Shown: one piece after another, positions 1 to 9,388 of the stretch
How positions within the stretch are numbered: the first letter of the stretch is position 1
Layout: each line of letters begins with the position of its first letter
Source: Clostridia bacterium
Lineage (GTDB): Bacteria > Bacillota > Clostridia > Christensenellales > CAG-138
DNA length: 64,000 bases
Direction: 5' to 3'
NCBI GenBank assembly: GCA_016292635.1
Contig: JAEDIC010000001.1
Span: 3,275-67,274 of the forward strand
Notes under the pieces: model-generated
What the model was told of the DNA's origin: nothing
Database searches by the model: none
What the model saw: only the letters and a program-made list of their open reading frames with translations
Translations under genes and position numbers: made by a program

Positions 1-143
1 GCCACCAGCGCCACGCTTCCGAATATGGCAGGGGCGCCCATGCCGGGAGTGAATATCTCTATTGCCATAAGCACCATACCCACCACCAGACATATCACTG
101 CGGGGGTATTCCAGCCCATAATATATTGGGTTACGGAATCCAT
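1..143 (-). CDS. NfeD-like membrane protein, N-terminal fragment (continues past the window start)
   Basis: Reverse complement reads MDSVTQYIMGWNTPAVICLVVGMVLMAIEIFTPGMGAPAIFGSVALV. ATG at 141-143 with GAGGTG upstream. The hydrophobic helix plus EIFxPG pattern recalls NfeD N-termini. Family call is from memory only. Confidence 0.4.
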   Translation of the reverse strand, partial: MDSVTQYIMGWNTPAVICLVVGMVLMAIEIFTPGMGAPAIFGSVALV

Positions 144-233
144 AAAATCACCTCGAATAATATTTTACGGGAATTGTTCTGATATTATAATGCTATGATA
201 CCATAAACCCCTTTGGAAAATATGTACAAACGG

Positions 234-1052
234 TTAAAACAGCGGAAAAAGACGCGAATTGAACCATGCGATAAATCTCTGTATCAGCGGGCTGTTCCCT
301 CCGGGCAGCACATTGCGCCGCATAAGCATCACCACAAGGCAGAAAGCCACAACCGACAGCAGTATTATCAGCACCCATGCGCCGATTATAGGCAAAGCCG
401 GCTGTCTGGGCTTGCTTTCAAACAGGCTCTCGAATTCATCATCGTCGTCGTCATCGTCGTCATCGTCATCGTAATCATCGCAATCGTCGTAATCGTCGTC
501 GTCATCGTCACACTCATCTTCCTCATAGCTGGCGATGTGCTCCCAGCCCTTGCGCGCCCTGGCAAAGCCGTCTTCCTTTTCCCACGCGCCGGCCTCCATA
601 TCAAAGCACTGCGCAAATTCCTCTGCGGCGGATTTGGGCGCTTTCTCCGCGCTTACCACCTTTGCCCCCAGAGCCTCTGCCCCGCGCATTGCCCGATGGG
701 CCTCAATGGCATTGTTTTCCGCATCGCTCCTTGCCTTGGAGCGCACTTCCTCATCGGTTATTTCAGAAAGGGCTGTGTCAAAATCCGGCATATCCGCAAT
801 TACGCCATGCCGAAACACATCCTTTTTGCTGTCGTAATAAGCCTGCTCTTTGCAGCAGTCCTCCGTAAGCCGCTTTACCGTCTCCGGCGTTACAGAAAGC
901 CCCGTCTCATAGGTGCGCTTCAGCAGCGTCATCACCCTGCGGGTTATGTCCTTTGCGGCGGCCTGATCCCCCGCCCGCTCCAGCGCGGCCTTATATACCT
1001 CTCCTATGTTGCTTTCAAGTATTTCTCTGAGTTCGCCTTTATCCGCTGCCAT
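234..1052 (-). CDS. hypothetical tail-anchored protein with poly-Asp tract
   Basis: ORF 234..1082(-). Preferred start is MAADKGEL at 1052, behind GGAGGAAAATATG. Soluble N-terminal part, Asp-rich run DECDDDDDDYDDCDDYDDDDDDDDDDDE, and one TM helix (LPIIGAWVLIILLSVVAFCLVVMLM) near the C-terminus. No family recognised. Confidence 0.6.
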   Translation of the reverse strand: MAADKGELREILESNIGEVYKAALERAGDQAAAKDITRRVMTLLKRTYETGLSVTPETVKRLTEDCCKEQAYYDSKKDVFRHGVIADMPDFDTALSEITDEEVRSKARSDAENNAIEAHRAMRGAEALGAKVVSAEKAPKSAAEEFAQCFDMEAGAWEKEDGFARARKGWEHIASYEEDECDDDDDDYDDCDDYDDDDDDDDDDDEFESLFESKPRQPALPIIGAWVLIILLSVVAFCLVVMLMRRNVLPGGNSPLIQRFIAWFNSRLFPLF

Positions 1053-1159
1053 ATTTTCCTCCGATGCGACAAAATACCACATTTTTCATATATTATTATA
1101 ATCCACCCCATGCCCCGCCGCAATGTATTTTGTTCCGCGCCTGCGCATAGAGATATGTC

Positions 1160-2128
1160 ATGAAGCGCCGATTCTCTCCAAACCCCTATATCCTTCTGCT
1201 GTTTCTGGTTTTTTTCCTTTGTCTGCTCATTGCCGGCATAAGGGGCTGCGCCATATCCCGCAAGCAGCGCGCACAAAACATCACCTCTCCCGACATCGCC
1301 GTTTTTAGCGACGGGGAGGTGGTCGTCATGCCTCTGAACAAGTATCTCATAGGGGTGGTTGGGGGAGAGATGCCCGCTTCCTTCCCATTGGAAGCCCTAA
1401 AGGCCCAGGCGGTGGCAGCCCGCACATACGCGCTGCGCCGCATGGCTGCATACGGCGGCGAAGGCTGCGGCAAGGGGGGCGCCGATATCTGCACAGACAG
1501 CGCCTGCTGCCAGGCATACACCCCGCCGGAGGAGCTTGAGGACTCTTTTGGGAAAAACTCCCGCAGGTATATGGATAAGCTTACCGAGGCGGTGTACTCC
1601 ACCGACGGTGAGGTGATACTTTACGACGGTTCTCCCATTGAGGCCCTGTATCATTCCTCCGCAGGAGGCCGCACGGAGGATGCGCAAAACGTATTTTCCT
1701 CCGCACTGCCCTATCTCGTTGGGGTGGAAAGCCCCGGTGAGGAAGGCAGCAAATACCACGGGGAGCAGGAATACACTCCAAAGGAATTTGCCGCCGCAAT
1801 AAACAAAAAATGGCCCGATGCGAACCTGAACCGCAAAAAGCTCCAAAGTCAGGTAAAGATCCTTTCCCGCTATGACAGCGGGCAGGTGGAAAGCCTGAAG
1901 CTTGGAAATGTTACCGTATCCGGCAAGGAACTTCGCAAGCTGCTTGGGCTGAACAGCGCCAATTTTACCATTGACATATCCGACACCGTGCTCATCCGCA
2001 CAACCGGCTACGGCCACGGCGTTGGCATGAGCCAGTACGGCGCCCGGGCCATGGCCCTTGAGGGGGCGACATATCTGGAAATACTGACGCATTACTATAC
2101 CGGGGTGGACGTGGAGAAGATGGAATAA
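1160..2128 (+). CDS. spoIID: stage II sporulation protein D (SpoIID lytic transglycosylase family)
   Basis: 322 aa with an N-terminal TM helix. Motifs EALKAQAVAARTYA, ALYHSSAGGRTEDA and GYGHGVGMSQYGA are typical of SpoIID/LytB. Confidence 0.9.
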   Translation: MKRRFSPNPYILLLFLVFFLCLLIAGIRGCAISRKQRAQNITSPDIAVFSDGEVVVMPLNKYLIGVVGGEMPASFPLEALKAQAVAARTYALRRMAAYGGEGCGKGGADICTDSACCQAYTPPEELEDSFGKNSRRYMDKLTEAVYSTDGEVILYDGSPIEALYHSSAGGRTEDAQNVFSSALPYLVGVESPGEEGSKYHGEQEYTPKEFAAAINKKWPDANLNRKKLQSQVKILSRYDSGQVESLKLGNVTVSGKELRKLLGLNSANFTIDISDTVLIRTTGYGHGVGMSQYGARAMALEGATYLEILTHYYTGVDVEKME

Positions 2129-2176
2129 TGAATTATACCTTCTCTTTCTCTTTTCCCTAAAAAAAGACCGCACCGC

Positions 2177-2217
2177 AAAAAAGCCGCATGGTCTGAACAG
2201 GACCGTGCGGCTTTTAT
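2177..2217. terminator. bidirectional intrinsic terminator between spoIID and metG
   Basis: Stem GCCGCATGGTC / GACCGTGCGGC (2183-2193, 2201-2211), flanked by an A-run upstream and TTTTAT downstream. Confidence 0.65.
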
Positions 2218-2240
2218 GGTTAAGGTTTTTGTGCGGCTTA

Positions 2241-4226
2241 TCAGGATACCTGGCTGCCGCCGGGGATAACGTCCTCCATGGTGGTCAGCATGGACAGGGT
2301 CTCCTCGTCGCCGGTAATGGCGGAAAGTATCATGCCCTGGCTCTCTATGCCGGCTATCTTGCGGGGGGCAAGGTTTGCGGCGATTATGACGCTCCTGCCG
2401 ACAAGGGCTTCGGGATCGTCATACCACTTGCGGATGCCGGAGAGTATGGTGCGGGGCTGAGCCTCGCCTGCATCCAGGGTGAACTGAAGCAGCTTCTTGC
2501 TCTTTTCAACTATCTTGCAGTCCAGAACCTTTGCGACCTTCAGCTTAACCTTGCAGAAGGTATCAAAGTCGATGTATTCCTCTTCACTGGCCTCAGGCTC
2601 TGCCCCGGTCTCGGCGGGAACGCGGTTATTTGTCTCCGGGGCGGCCATGGCGGCAAGGGTTTCCGCCTCAAGCTCCTCCAGCTCCTTCTTTACATCGATG
2701 CGGGGGAACATGGCCTCTCCCTTGCATACCTTTGTGCCGGCCTTCAGCCTGCCGAACTCGCAGGCCTCATAGGTGGTCAGCTCGCCCTCAACGCCCAGCT
2801 GAGCAAACATCTTGGGGGAGGTGCTGGGAAGGTAGGGCTGGATGAGTATGGCAACCATGCGCAGCGCCTCTGCCAGGTTGTACATAACGGTGCCCAGGCG
2901 CTCCCTGTTGGCCTCGTCCTTGGCAAGTACCCAGGGGGCGGTAACGTCGATATACTTGTTGCTTGCGCCTATAAGTGCCCAGATGGCCTCCAGAGCCTCG
3001 GGTATCTTCAGCTCGTTCATGTACTGTTCAACCTTTTGCGGCAGCTCACGGGCCAGGGACAGTATCATATCATCCTGCTCGGCAACGGGGCGGCCGGGGG
3101 CGGGGATAACGCCGCCGAAGTACTTGTCTATCATGCTTACGGTACGGGACAGCAGATTGCCCAGATCGTTAGCAAGGTCGGAATTGATGCGGTATATCAG
3201 CGCCTCGTTGGAGAATACGCCGTCGCTGCCGAAAGGAACCTCACGCAGCAGGAAGTAGCGGATGGCGTCCACGCCGTAGCGGTTGCAGAGCTTAACCGGG
3301 TCAACCACGTTGCCCTTGGACTTGGACATCTTGCCGCCCTCAAGTATGAGCCAGCCGTGACCGAACACCTGTTTCGGCAGGGGTTCGCCCAATGCCATCA
3401 GCATGATGGGCCATATTATGGTATGGAAGCGGACTATCTCCTTGCCAACCAGATGAACATCGGCGGGCCAATACTTCTTATACAGGCTGTCGTCATCAGA
3501 ATAGAAGCCCAGCTTGGTTATATAGTTGCTGAGAGCGTCCAGCCAAACGTATACAACGTGCTTGTCGTCAAAGTCAACGGGGATACCCCACTTGAAGCTG
3601 GTGCGGGATACGCACAGGTCCTCAAGGCCGGGCAGCAGGAAGTTGTTCAGCATCTCGTTGGCGCGGGCAGGAGGCTGAATGAACTCGGGATGATCCTTTA
3701 TGTGCTGGATAAGACGGGGGGCATACTTGCTCATACGGAAGAAGTAGCTCTCCTCCTGCACCTTCTCAACGGGCCTGCCGCAATCGGGGCAGCAGCCGTC
3801 CTTAAGCTGGCGCTCAAGCCAGAAGCTCTCGCAGGGGGTGCAGTACAGGCCCTCATAGGAGGACTTATAGATATCGCCCTGCTCGTAGAGCTTTTTGAAT
3901 ATCTTCTGAACGCTTGCAACGTGATAGTCGTCGGTGGTGCGAACAAAGCCGTCGTTGGAGATGTCCATCAGCTTCCACAGGTCCTTAAAGGTGGCAACGA
4001 TGTCATCCACATACTTCTGGGGGGTTACGCCCTTATCCCTGGCCTTGCGCTCTATCTTCTGACCATGCTCATCAGAGCCGGTGAGGAAGTAAACGTCATA
4101 GCCGGTCATGCGCTTATACCGGGCGATGGCGTCCGCCGCAACGGTGGTATAGCTGTGGCCTATGTGCAGCTTGTCGCTGGGGTAATAAATAGGCGTGGTG
4201 ATGTAGAATGTCTTCTTCTCGCTCAT
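2241..4226 (-). CDS. metG: methionine--tRNA ligase with C-terminal tRNA-binding (EMAP-like) domain
   Basis: 661 aa. HIGH-type motif PSDKLHIGHSYT and KMSKS motif GKMSKSKGN. C-terminal tail KLKVAKVLDCKIVEKSKKLLQFTLDAGE. Confidence 0.97.
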   Translation of the reverse strand: MSEKKTFYITTPIYYPSDKLHIGHSYTTVAADAIARYKRMTGYDVYFLTGSDEHGQKIERKARDKGVTPQKYVDDIVATFKDLWKLMDISNDGFVRTTDDYHVASVQKIFKKLYEQGDIYKSSYEGLYCTPCESFWLERQLKDGCCPDCGRPVEKVQEESYFFRMSKYAPRLIQHIKDHPEFIQPPARANEMLNNFLLPGLEDLCVSRTSFKWGIPVDFDDKHVVYVWLDALSNYITKLGFYSDDDSLYKKYWPADVHLVGKEIVRFHTIIWPIMLMALGEPLPKQVFGHGWLILEGGKMSKSKGNVVDPVKLCNRYGVDAIRYFLLREVPFGSDGVFSNEALIYRINSDLANDLGNLLSRTVSMIDKYFGGVIPAPGRPVAEQDDMILSLARELPQKVEQYMNELKIPEALEAIWALIGASNKYIDVTAPWVLAKDEANRERLGTVMYNLAEALRMVAILIQPYLPSTSPKMFAQLGVEGELTTYEACEFGRLKAGTKVCKGEAMFPRIDVKKELEELEAETLAAMAAPETNNRVPAETGAEPEASEEEYIDFDTFCKVKLKVAKVLDCKIVEKSKKLLQFTLDAGEAQPRTILSGIRKWYDDPEALVGRSVIIAANLAPRKIAGIESQGMILSAITGDEETLSMLTTMEDVIPGGSQVS

Positions 4227-4574
4227 TTGTTTCTCCTTCGGTTTATGCCTTTAGTATTCACAGGTTTTATTTTTTCTCAATTTGTCCATACCCGCTCATG
4301 CTCCCTTTCAGGCAGCTTTTCCATCCGGGGGAAAGCTGAGGAATTTAAAGGAAAGGGGAGAGTGTCCGGCCTTTGTAATTGCGCGCCGGCTCAAACGACC
4401 CGCCCAGGCCGGTTTTTCAGGTTAAAAAGCTTTATGAGGCCCGTTTCGTTTTTACCGTAGGGGGAAAACACATCTATCCCTGCGGCACAAAGCATATTTA
4501 TACCGCTCCCTCCCTTTGCCGCGGGCGAAGCTGCGTTAAAAGGGCGGCGTGTGGGTTCAGATGAATATCTGCGG

Positions 4575-4852
4575 AAATAAAAAATCCCTCTGCCCATAAT
4601 CAGGCATAGGGACGACATTTATACGCCGCGGTACCACCCTACTTCCCGCAAAGGCAAATTTCCCTTTTGCGGCTCATAAGTTCCCCTGTATCGGGAGGAC
4701 CCGCCCAGGCCTCAGGGCAAAGCTCCGTTCGGCCCGGGGCGCTCGGGAGCCATGTTCGGCATGGGCCTTTCCCGCGGGGCTTGCACCCTCCCCCGCTCGC
4801 TGTGGGCTGCATCCATGCTTACTCTTTCCGTCTCTGCGCCGTTTGACTATTC
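4575..4852 (-). promoter_or_regulatory. T-box riboswitch leader (candidate Met specifier) with intrinsic terminator
   Basis: On the minus strand, the T-box 14-mer AGGGTGGTACCGCG is the complement of 4627-4640. A terminator hairpin CCCTATGCC/GGCAGAGGG plus U-run follows (4575-4612). AGAGA and AGTA boxes lie near 4820-4835. AUG triplets sit in the predicted specifier region (around 4751-4762). Confidence 0.75.
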
Positions 4853-4858
4853 CCTGCT

Positions 4859-4887
4859 ATTTTATAGATTTTACGCCGCTTTGTCAA
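4859..4887 (-). promoter_or_regulatory. sigma-A type promoter for the metG T-box leader
   Basis: Minus strand reads TTGACA (4882-4887), a 17-nt spacer, then TAAAAT (4859-4864). Confidence 0.55.
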
Positions 4888-5006
4888 TGGGCGGAGCAAA
4901 GTATACTTCCATATTGAGCCTTTTTGTTTTTCCGCCCAATAAAACAGCCCCGATGCCTTAAACATCGGAGCTATACGAAAGTCCATATCGGGCTTTAGCA
5001 GTCGTC

Positions 5007-5876
5007 TCAGCCGCTGTCGGAGTCTTCATAATTAGGGAAGATTATTTCATCCGGGTTGGCCGGCTTTGCCACCACCACGCAGCGCTCGTTGCGGGTTCCT
5101 ATGCCGGAGTTCCAGCTTTCGCCATAGCAGGTGATGAGGGTCATGCGGGCGTCCTCGGTATAAAAGGCCATTACCTCATCCGGTACAGAGTCGATATTAT
5201 AAATATCGTTGCTGGTAACAAGGAAGGACATGGTGGAGCCGTCGTCGTATTCCACAACTATCTCCTCGCCTATTTCCATCTTGGGCAGCACGGAGAATAC
5301 GCCCGCCACCTTTTTCCAGGAAACGTGTCCGTTGAAAAGGGCGTTGCCGTATTCGCCGGGGGAAGGTCCGCCTTCCAGCCATGCGGCCACCTTTTCTGAA
5401 TCTATTGTGCCCATGGTATATATGGGCTGGCCCTGTTCGTTGGTCATTTCGTTGCCCTTGGCGTCGGTATAGGGCACAAGACCCACCTTTTCCACCGGAA
5501 AGCTTATCTCCCGCTCAGTAAAGTACATCTTTACGGGTATCTTCTGAATATAGGGAGTGGGCTCAGGGGTGCTATCCGCCGCTGACTCTGCGGCAGGGGA
5601 CTCCGTGGGCGGAGCTTCGTATTCGCCGGGTATGAAGATATACTGACGGGCCAGTATAAATACCGCATAGGCAAGAAGCCCCAGGGCTATCGCTATCCTT
5701 ATGGGGCTGCGTTTCTTCTTTGGAGCCTCCTGTTCAGCTTCCGCGGCCCGCTCGCCTCCGCCGGCCTGCTCGCCCCGGACAGGCTGCTCGCCTTGTATGG
5801 GCCTCTCTTCCTCCGCAGATTCTGAAATCGTCTTTTGTTCTTGGGTCATTTCGCCGTTTATTTTCTTCTCGTCCAT
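5007..5876 (-). CDS. sortase-family transpeptidase, membrane anchored
   Basis: 289 aa. Low-complexity acidic N-terminus and TM helix (IRIAIALGLLAYAVFILA). His motif LFNGHVSW and catalytic Cys motif RMTLITC. Confidence 0.85.
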   Translation of the reverse strand: MDEKKINGEMTQEQKTISESAEEERPIQGEQPVRGEQAGGGERAAEAEQEAPKKKRSPIRIAIALGLLAYAVFILARQYIFIPGEYEAPPTESPAAESAADSTPEPTPYIQKIPVKMYFTEREISFPVEKVGLVPYTDAKGNEMTNEQGQPIYTMGTIDSEKVAAWLEGGPSPGEYGNALFNGHVSWKKVAGVFSVLPKMEIGEEIVVEYDDGSTMSFLVTSNDIYNIDSVPDEVMAFYTEDARMTLITCYGESWNSGIGTRNERCVVVAKPANPDEIIFPNYEDSDSG

Positions 5877-5912
5877 GGGGGTATTATAGCATCGGATTCA
5901 CCCGCCAACAAG

Positions 5913-5941
5913 TTAACATTTCACGAATTTTGTGGTATACT
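5913..5941 (+). promoter_or_regulatory. sigma-A type promoter for argS
   Basis: TTAACA (5913-5918), a 17-nt spacer, then TATACT (5936-5941), about 50 nt upstream of the argS start. Confidence 0.5.
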
Positions 5942-5989
5942 ATAAAATTGGAAAATATCGGTGTGAAAAACACCCTTAAAGGAGATATT

Positions 5990-7681
5990 ATGGACCACAA
6001 AACAGCCCTCGCAAATGCCCTCGCCGCCCTTACCGGCATGGAAGCGGACGCCCTCCGGGACTGGATGGAGACCCCTCCGGATCCTGAGATGGGCGACTAT
6101 GCCTTCCCCTGCTTCCGCCTGGCAAAAACCATGCGTAAGGCCCCGCCCGCAATTGCCGCAGAGCTGCAGGCCTCCCTTGCCCTGCCCGAAGGCATAAGCG
6201 AAGCAAGGGCAGTTGGCGGCTATCTTAACTTTTTCGCGGACAAGTCCGCCTATGCGGTCAGCGTGCTCGGCAAAGTCCTCTCCGCCGGGGAAAGCTACGG
6301 CAGCTCCCATGAGGGCGCGGGCAAGAACGTATGCGTGGAGTTTTCCTCCATAAATATAGCAAAGCCCTTCCATATAGGCCATCTTCCCAGCACCGCCATT
6401 GGCAGCTCGCTTTATCGCATATACAATACCCTTGGCTACAATGCCATCGCCATAAACCACCTTGGAGACTGGGGCACCCAGTTTGGCAAAATGATAGTTG
6501 CCTACAAAAAATGGGGCGAAAAGCCGGTGAATGAATGCACTGTTCGGGAGCTTGTAAAGCTGTACGTGCGCTTTCATCAGGAGGCGGAGCAGCACCCCGA
6601 ATTGGACGACGAGGCCCGTTTCTGGTTTAAAAAGATTGAATCCGGCGACCCGGAGGCCGTGGGGCTCTGGCAGCAGTTCAAGGACCTTACCCTTGCGGAA
6701 GTGGGTCAGGTATACGACCGTCTCGGCGTACATTTTGACAGCTATGCCGGCGAAAGCTTCTACGAGGACAAGATGGGCGCCGTAATAGACGATCTTCGTG
6801 CAAAGGGCCTGCTTACCGTGGACAAGGGCGCAACCATGGTTGACCTGTCCGAGTACGATATGCCCCCCTGCATAATACTCCGCTCAGACGGCGCAACACT
6901 TTACGCCACCCGTGACCTTGCCGCCGCAATATACCGCAAAAAACACTATGATTTCGTAAAGTCTCTTTACGTTGTGGCATACCAGCAAAACCTCCACTTT
7001 AAGCAGTTTTTCAAGGTGCTGGAGCTGATGGGGAATACCTGGGTAAAGGACTGCGAGCACGTTAACTTCGGCATGGTTTCCATGGAGGAAGGCACCCTCT
7101 CCACCCGCCACGGCAACGTGGTATACCTTGAGGACGTGCTGAACGCCGCCGTGGAAAAAACCGGCGAAATAATCGCCGAAAAGAGCTCCGACCTTGAGGA
7201 CAGGGACGCAGTCGCTGCCGCCGTGGGCGTTGGCGCGGTAATATGGGGCGTGCTGTACAACAGCCGCATTAAGGATACCACCTTTTCCTGGAGCAAGGTG
7301 CTGAATTTTGACGGGGAAACCGGCCCCTATGCCCAGTATACCCACGCACGCTGCTGTTCCGTGCTGCGCAAGGCGGAAGGATACGACGCCGATAATATGG
7401 ACGCATCCTGTCTGACCGACGCCGCCTCCGCCGCCCTCATAAAGGCCATAGACGCCTTCCCCGGCGCAATAAAGCTTGCGGCGGAAAAGAACGAGCCCTA
7501 TATTGTGGCCCGTGCCGCAATGGACGTATGCACCGCATACAATAAATTCTACTTTGACAACAAGATAATGGTGGAGGATCCCAAGGTGCGCAACGCCCGC
7601 CTCGCCCTTACCGATGCGGCCCGCATAGTCATAAAAAAGGGCCTGTATCTGGTTGGTCTGGAAGCGCCTGAAAGGATGTAG
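5990..7681 (+). CDS. argS: arginine--tRNA ligase
   Basis: Start is MDHKTALANA at 5990, after AAAGGAGATATT. The longer ORF from 5720 overlaps the sortase gene on the other strand. SSINIAKPFHIGHL (HIGH-type motif) and the anticodon-binding C-terminus are typical of ArgRS. Confidence 0.96.
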   Translation: MDHKTALANALAALTGMEADALRDWMETPPDPEMGDYAFPCFRLAKTMRKAPPAIAAELQASLALPEGISEARAVGGYLNFFADKSAYAVSVLGKVLSAGESYGSSHEGAGKNVCVEFSSINIAKPFHIGHLPSTAIGSSLYRIYNTLGYNAIAINHLGDWGTQFGKMIVAYKKWGEKPVNECTVRELVKLYVRFHQEAEQHPELDDEARFWFKKIESGDPEAVGLWQQFKDLTLAEVGQVYDRLGVHFDSYAGESFYEDKMGAVIDDLRAKGLLTVDKGATMVDLSEYDMPPCIILRSDGATLYATRDLAAAIYRKKHYDFVKSLYVVAYQQNLHFKQFFKVLELMGNTWVKDCEHVNFGMVSMEEGTLSTRHGNVVYLEDVLNAAVEKTGEIIAEKSSDLEDRDAVAAAVGVGAVIWGVLYNSRIKDTTFSWSKVLNFDGETGPYAQYTHARCCSVLRKAEGYDADNMDASCLTDAASAALIKAIDAFPGAIKLAAEKNEPYIVARAAMDVCTAYNKFYFDNKIMVEDPKVRNARLALTDAARIVIKKGLYLVGLEAPERM

Positions 7682-8016
7682 GCTTTATCTAATCCCGTCC
7701 GCCATACCTTTAGCGCAGCTTTTCCTTTTTTGGGAAAACCGGAAGGGTTTTAAGAAAGATTTACGCCCTTTTTTAATGTATCTTAGCCCTATGGCGAAGG
7801 CGAGGACGGTTCTTATTACCGCGAAATGCGCAAAGTAATAAAACCCCCGCCATAGCGGCAAGCTTTTGCCCCCTTGGGAAGATTTGGAAGGGACCAACAA
7901 AAAAACTTATAGCAAAAACAGCTTTTATCCTTTAGCTTTTTTCCCTTTTCTCTCGAAGGGAAAAAGAAAAAGACATAACATCGACCCATATTCACTCTAC
8001 TTAGGAGGAAATTTAT

Positions 8017-9285
8017 ATGCTGGACATCAAGCGCATACGTCAGAACCCGGAAGCACTGACCGAGGCCATGAGAAAGCGCCGCGGAAAGGGCGCGGATGTA
8101 TCTGCCCTTATCGAGCTGGACGCGAAGCGCCGGGAGCTCATGCAGGAGGCGGAGCTTCTTAAAGCCCGCCGCAACGAGGAATCCGCCAAGGTGCCCGCCA
8201 TGAAGAAGGCGGGTCAGGACACCGCCGGGCTTATGGCGGAGATGAAGCGGGTAAGCGCCCGCATAAAGGAGCTGGACGAGCAGATATCCGCCATGGATGA
8301 AGAACTGAGCGCCATGCTCATGTCCATCCCCAACATACCCCATGAATCCGTGCCAGAGGGGGCGGACGATCAGGACAACGTGGAAATGCGCCGCTGGGGC
8401 GAAGCTCCCTCCTTTGGCTTTGAGCCCAAGGCCCATTGGGACATCGGCGAGGGGCTGAACATACTGGACTTTGCCACCGCCGGCAAGATAACCGGTGCCC
8501 GCTTCACCGTATACCGCGGCCTTGGCGCAAGGCTTGAGCGTGCGATAATAAGCTATTTCCTTGATACCCATACCGAAAACGGCTATACCGAGATACTGCC
8601 CCCATATATGGTAAACCGTGCCTCCATGACCGGCACCGGTCAGCTTCCCAAGTTTGAGGAGGACGCCTTCAAGGTGACCAATACGGATTACTTCCTCATT
8701 CCCACTGCCGAGGTGCCGGTTACCAATATGCTCCGGGGGGATATAGTGGACGGCAGCCAGCTTCCCATAAGCTACTGCGCATACAGCGCCTGCTTCCGCA
8801 GCGAGGCGGGCAGCGCGGGCAGGGATACCCGCGGCCTTATCCGCCAGCATCAGTTCAACAAGGTGGAACTGGTGAAGTTCGTAAAGCCGGAGGAATCCTA
8901 CGCCGAGCTTGAAAAGCTCACCGCCGACGCGGAGAGGGTACTGCAGGGCCTTGGCCTGCCCTATCGTGTGGTGACCCTGTCCACGGGAGATCTGGGCTTC
9001 TCCAGCGCAAAGACCTACGACATAGAGGTTTGGATGCCCAGCTACAACAGGTATGTTGAAATAAGCTCCTGCTCCAACTTTGAAGATTTCCAGGCCCGCA
9101 GGGCTCAGATTCGCTTCCGCCGTGAAAAGGGCGCAAAGCCTGAGCTTGTGCACACCCTGAACGGTTCCGGCGTTGCCGTGGGCCGCACCGTTGCCGCCAT
9201 ACTGGAAAACTATCAGCAGGAGGACGGCTCGGTAAAGGTGCCGGATGCGCTTGTGAAGTACATGGGCTGCGATGTAATCAGGTAA
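8017..9285 (+). CDS. serS: serine--tRNA ligase
   Basis: 422 aa with RBS TTAGGAGGAAATTTATATG. N-terminal coiled-coil arm and class II motifs ([43 protein letters not shown]). Confidence 0.97.
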   Translation: MLDIKRIRQNPEALTEAMRKRRGKGADVSALIELDAKRRELMQEAELLKARRNEESAKVPAMKKAGQDTAGLMAEMKRVSARIKELDEQISAMDEELSAMLMSIPNIPHESVPEGADDQDNVEMRRWGEAPSFGFEPKAHWDIGEGLNILDFATAGKITGARFTVYRGLGARLERAIISYFLDTHTENGYTEILPPYMVNRASMTGTGQLPKFEEDAFKVTNTDYFLIPTAEVPVTNMLRGDIVDGSQLPISYCAYSACFRSEAGSAGRDTRGLIRQHQFNKVELVKFVKPEESYAELEKLTADAERVLQGLGLPYRVVTLSTGDLGFSSAKTYDIEVWMPSYNRYVEISSCSNFEDFQARRAQIRFRREKGAKPELVHTLNGSGVAVGRTVAAILENYQQEDGSVKVPDALVKYMGCDVIR

Positions 9286-9310
9286 ATACGGAACACAGCG
9301 TTTATAATAC

Positions 9311-9340
9311 AAAGCCGCGCCTTATAGCGCGGCCTTTTGT
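9311..9340. terminator. intrinsic terminator after serS, facing sigH
   Basis: GCCGCGC-cttata-GCGCGGC followed by CTTTTGT. Confidence 0.65.
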
Positions 9341-9388
9341 GTGTAAAAGGGTTGGGCGGGCTGTTTTTGGCGGAGTATTCTTTTCATC

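Noticed and set aside
2205-4460. Very long antisense ORFs opposite well-recognised genes. Examples are 2205..4460(+) opposite metG, 7816..9312(-) opposite serS and 17654..19540(-) opposite alaS. Others are 34836..36914(+) opposite fdhA, 43730..45745(+) opposite nfnB and 48672..50513(-) opposite the M14 peptidase.
   Set aside because: Their translations are low-complexity G/A/L/V/H-rich strings with no recognisable motifs. The opposite strand in each case encodes a protein with unmistakable family signatures and a proper RBS. Long stop-free antisense frames are expected with this GC-rich codon usage.
4391-4618. 75-aa ORF on the minus strand upstream of metG.
   Set aside because: It begins inside the T-box terminator hairpin and runs through structured leader RNA, with no RBS and no recognisable family.
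7682-8016. Possible T-box leader upstream of serS.
   Set aside because: No match to the conserved T-box 14-mer (AGGGTGGTACCGCG-like) and no terminator with a U-run. Only ATTACCGCG is weakly similar. I kept it as an unexplained hairpin-rich leader instead.
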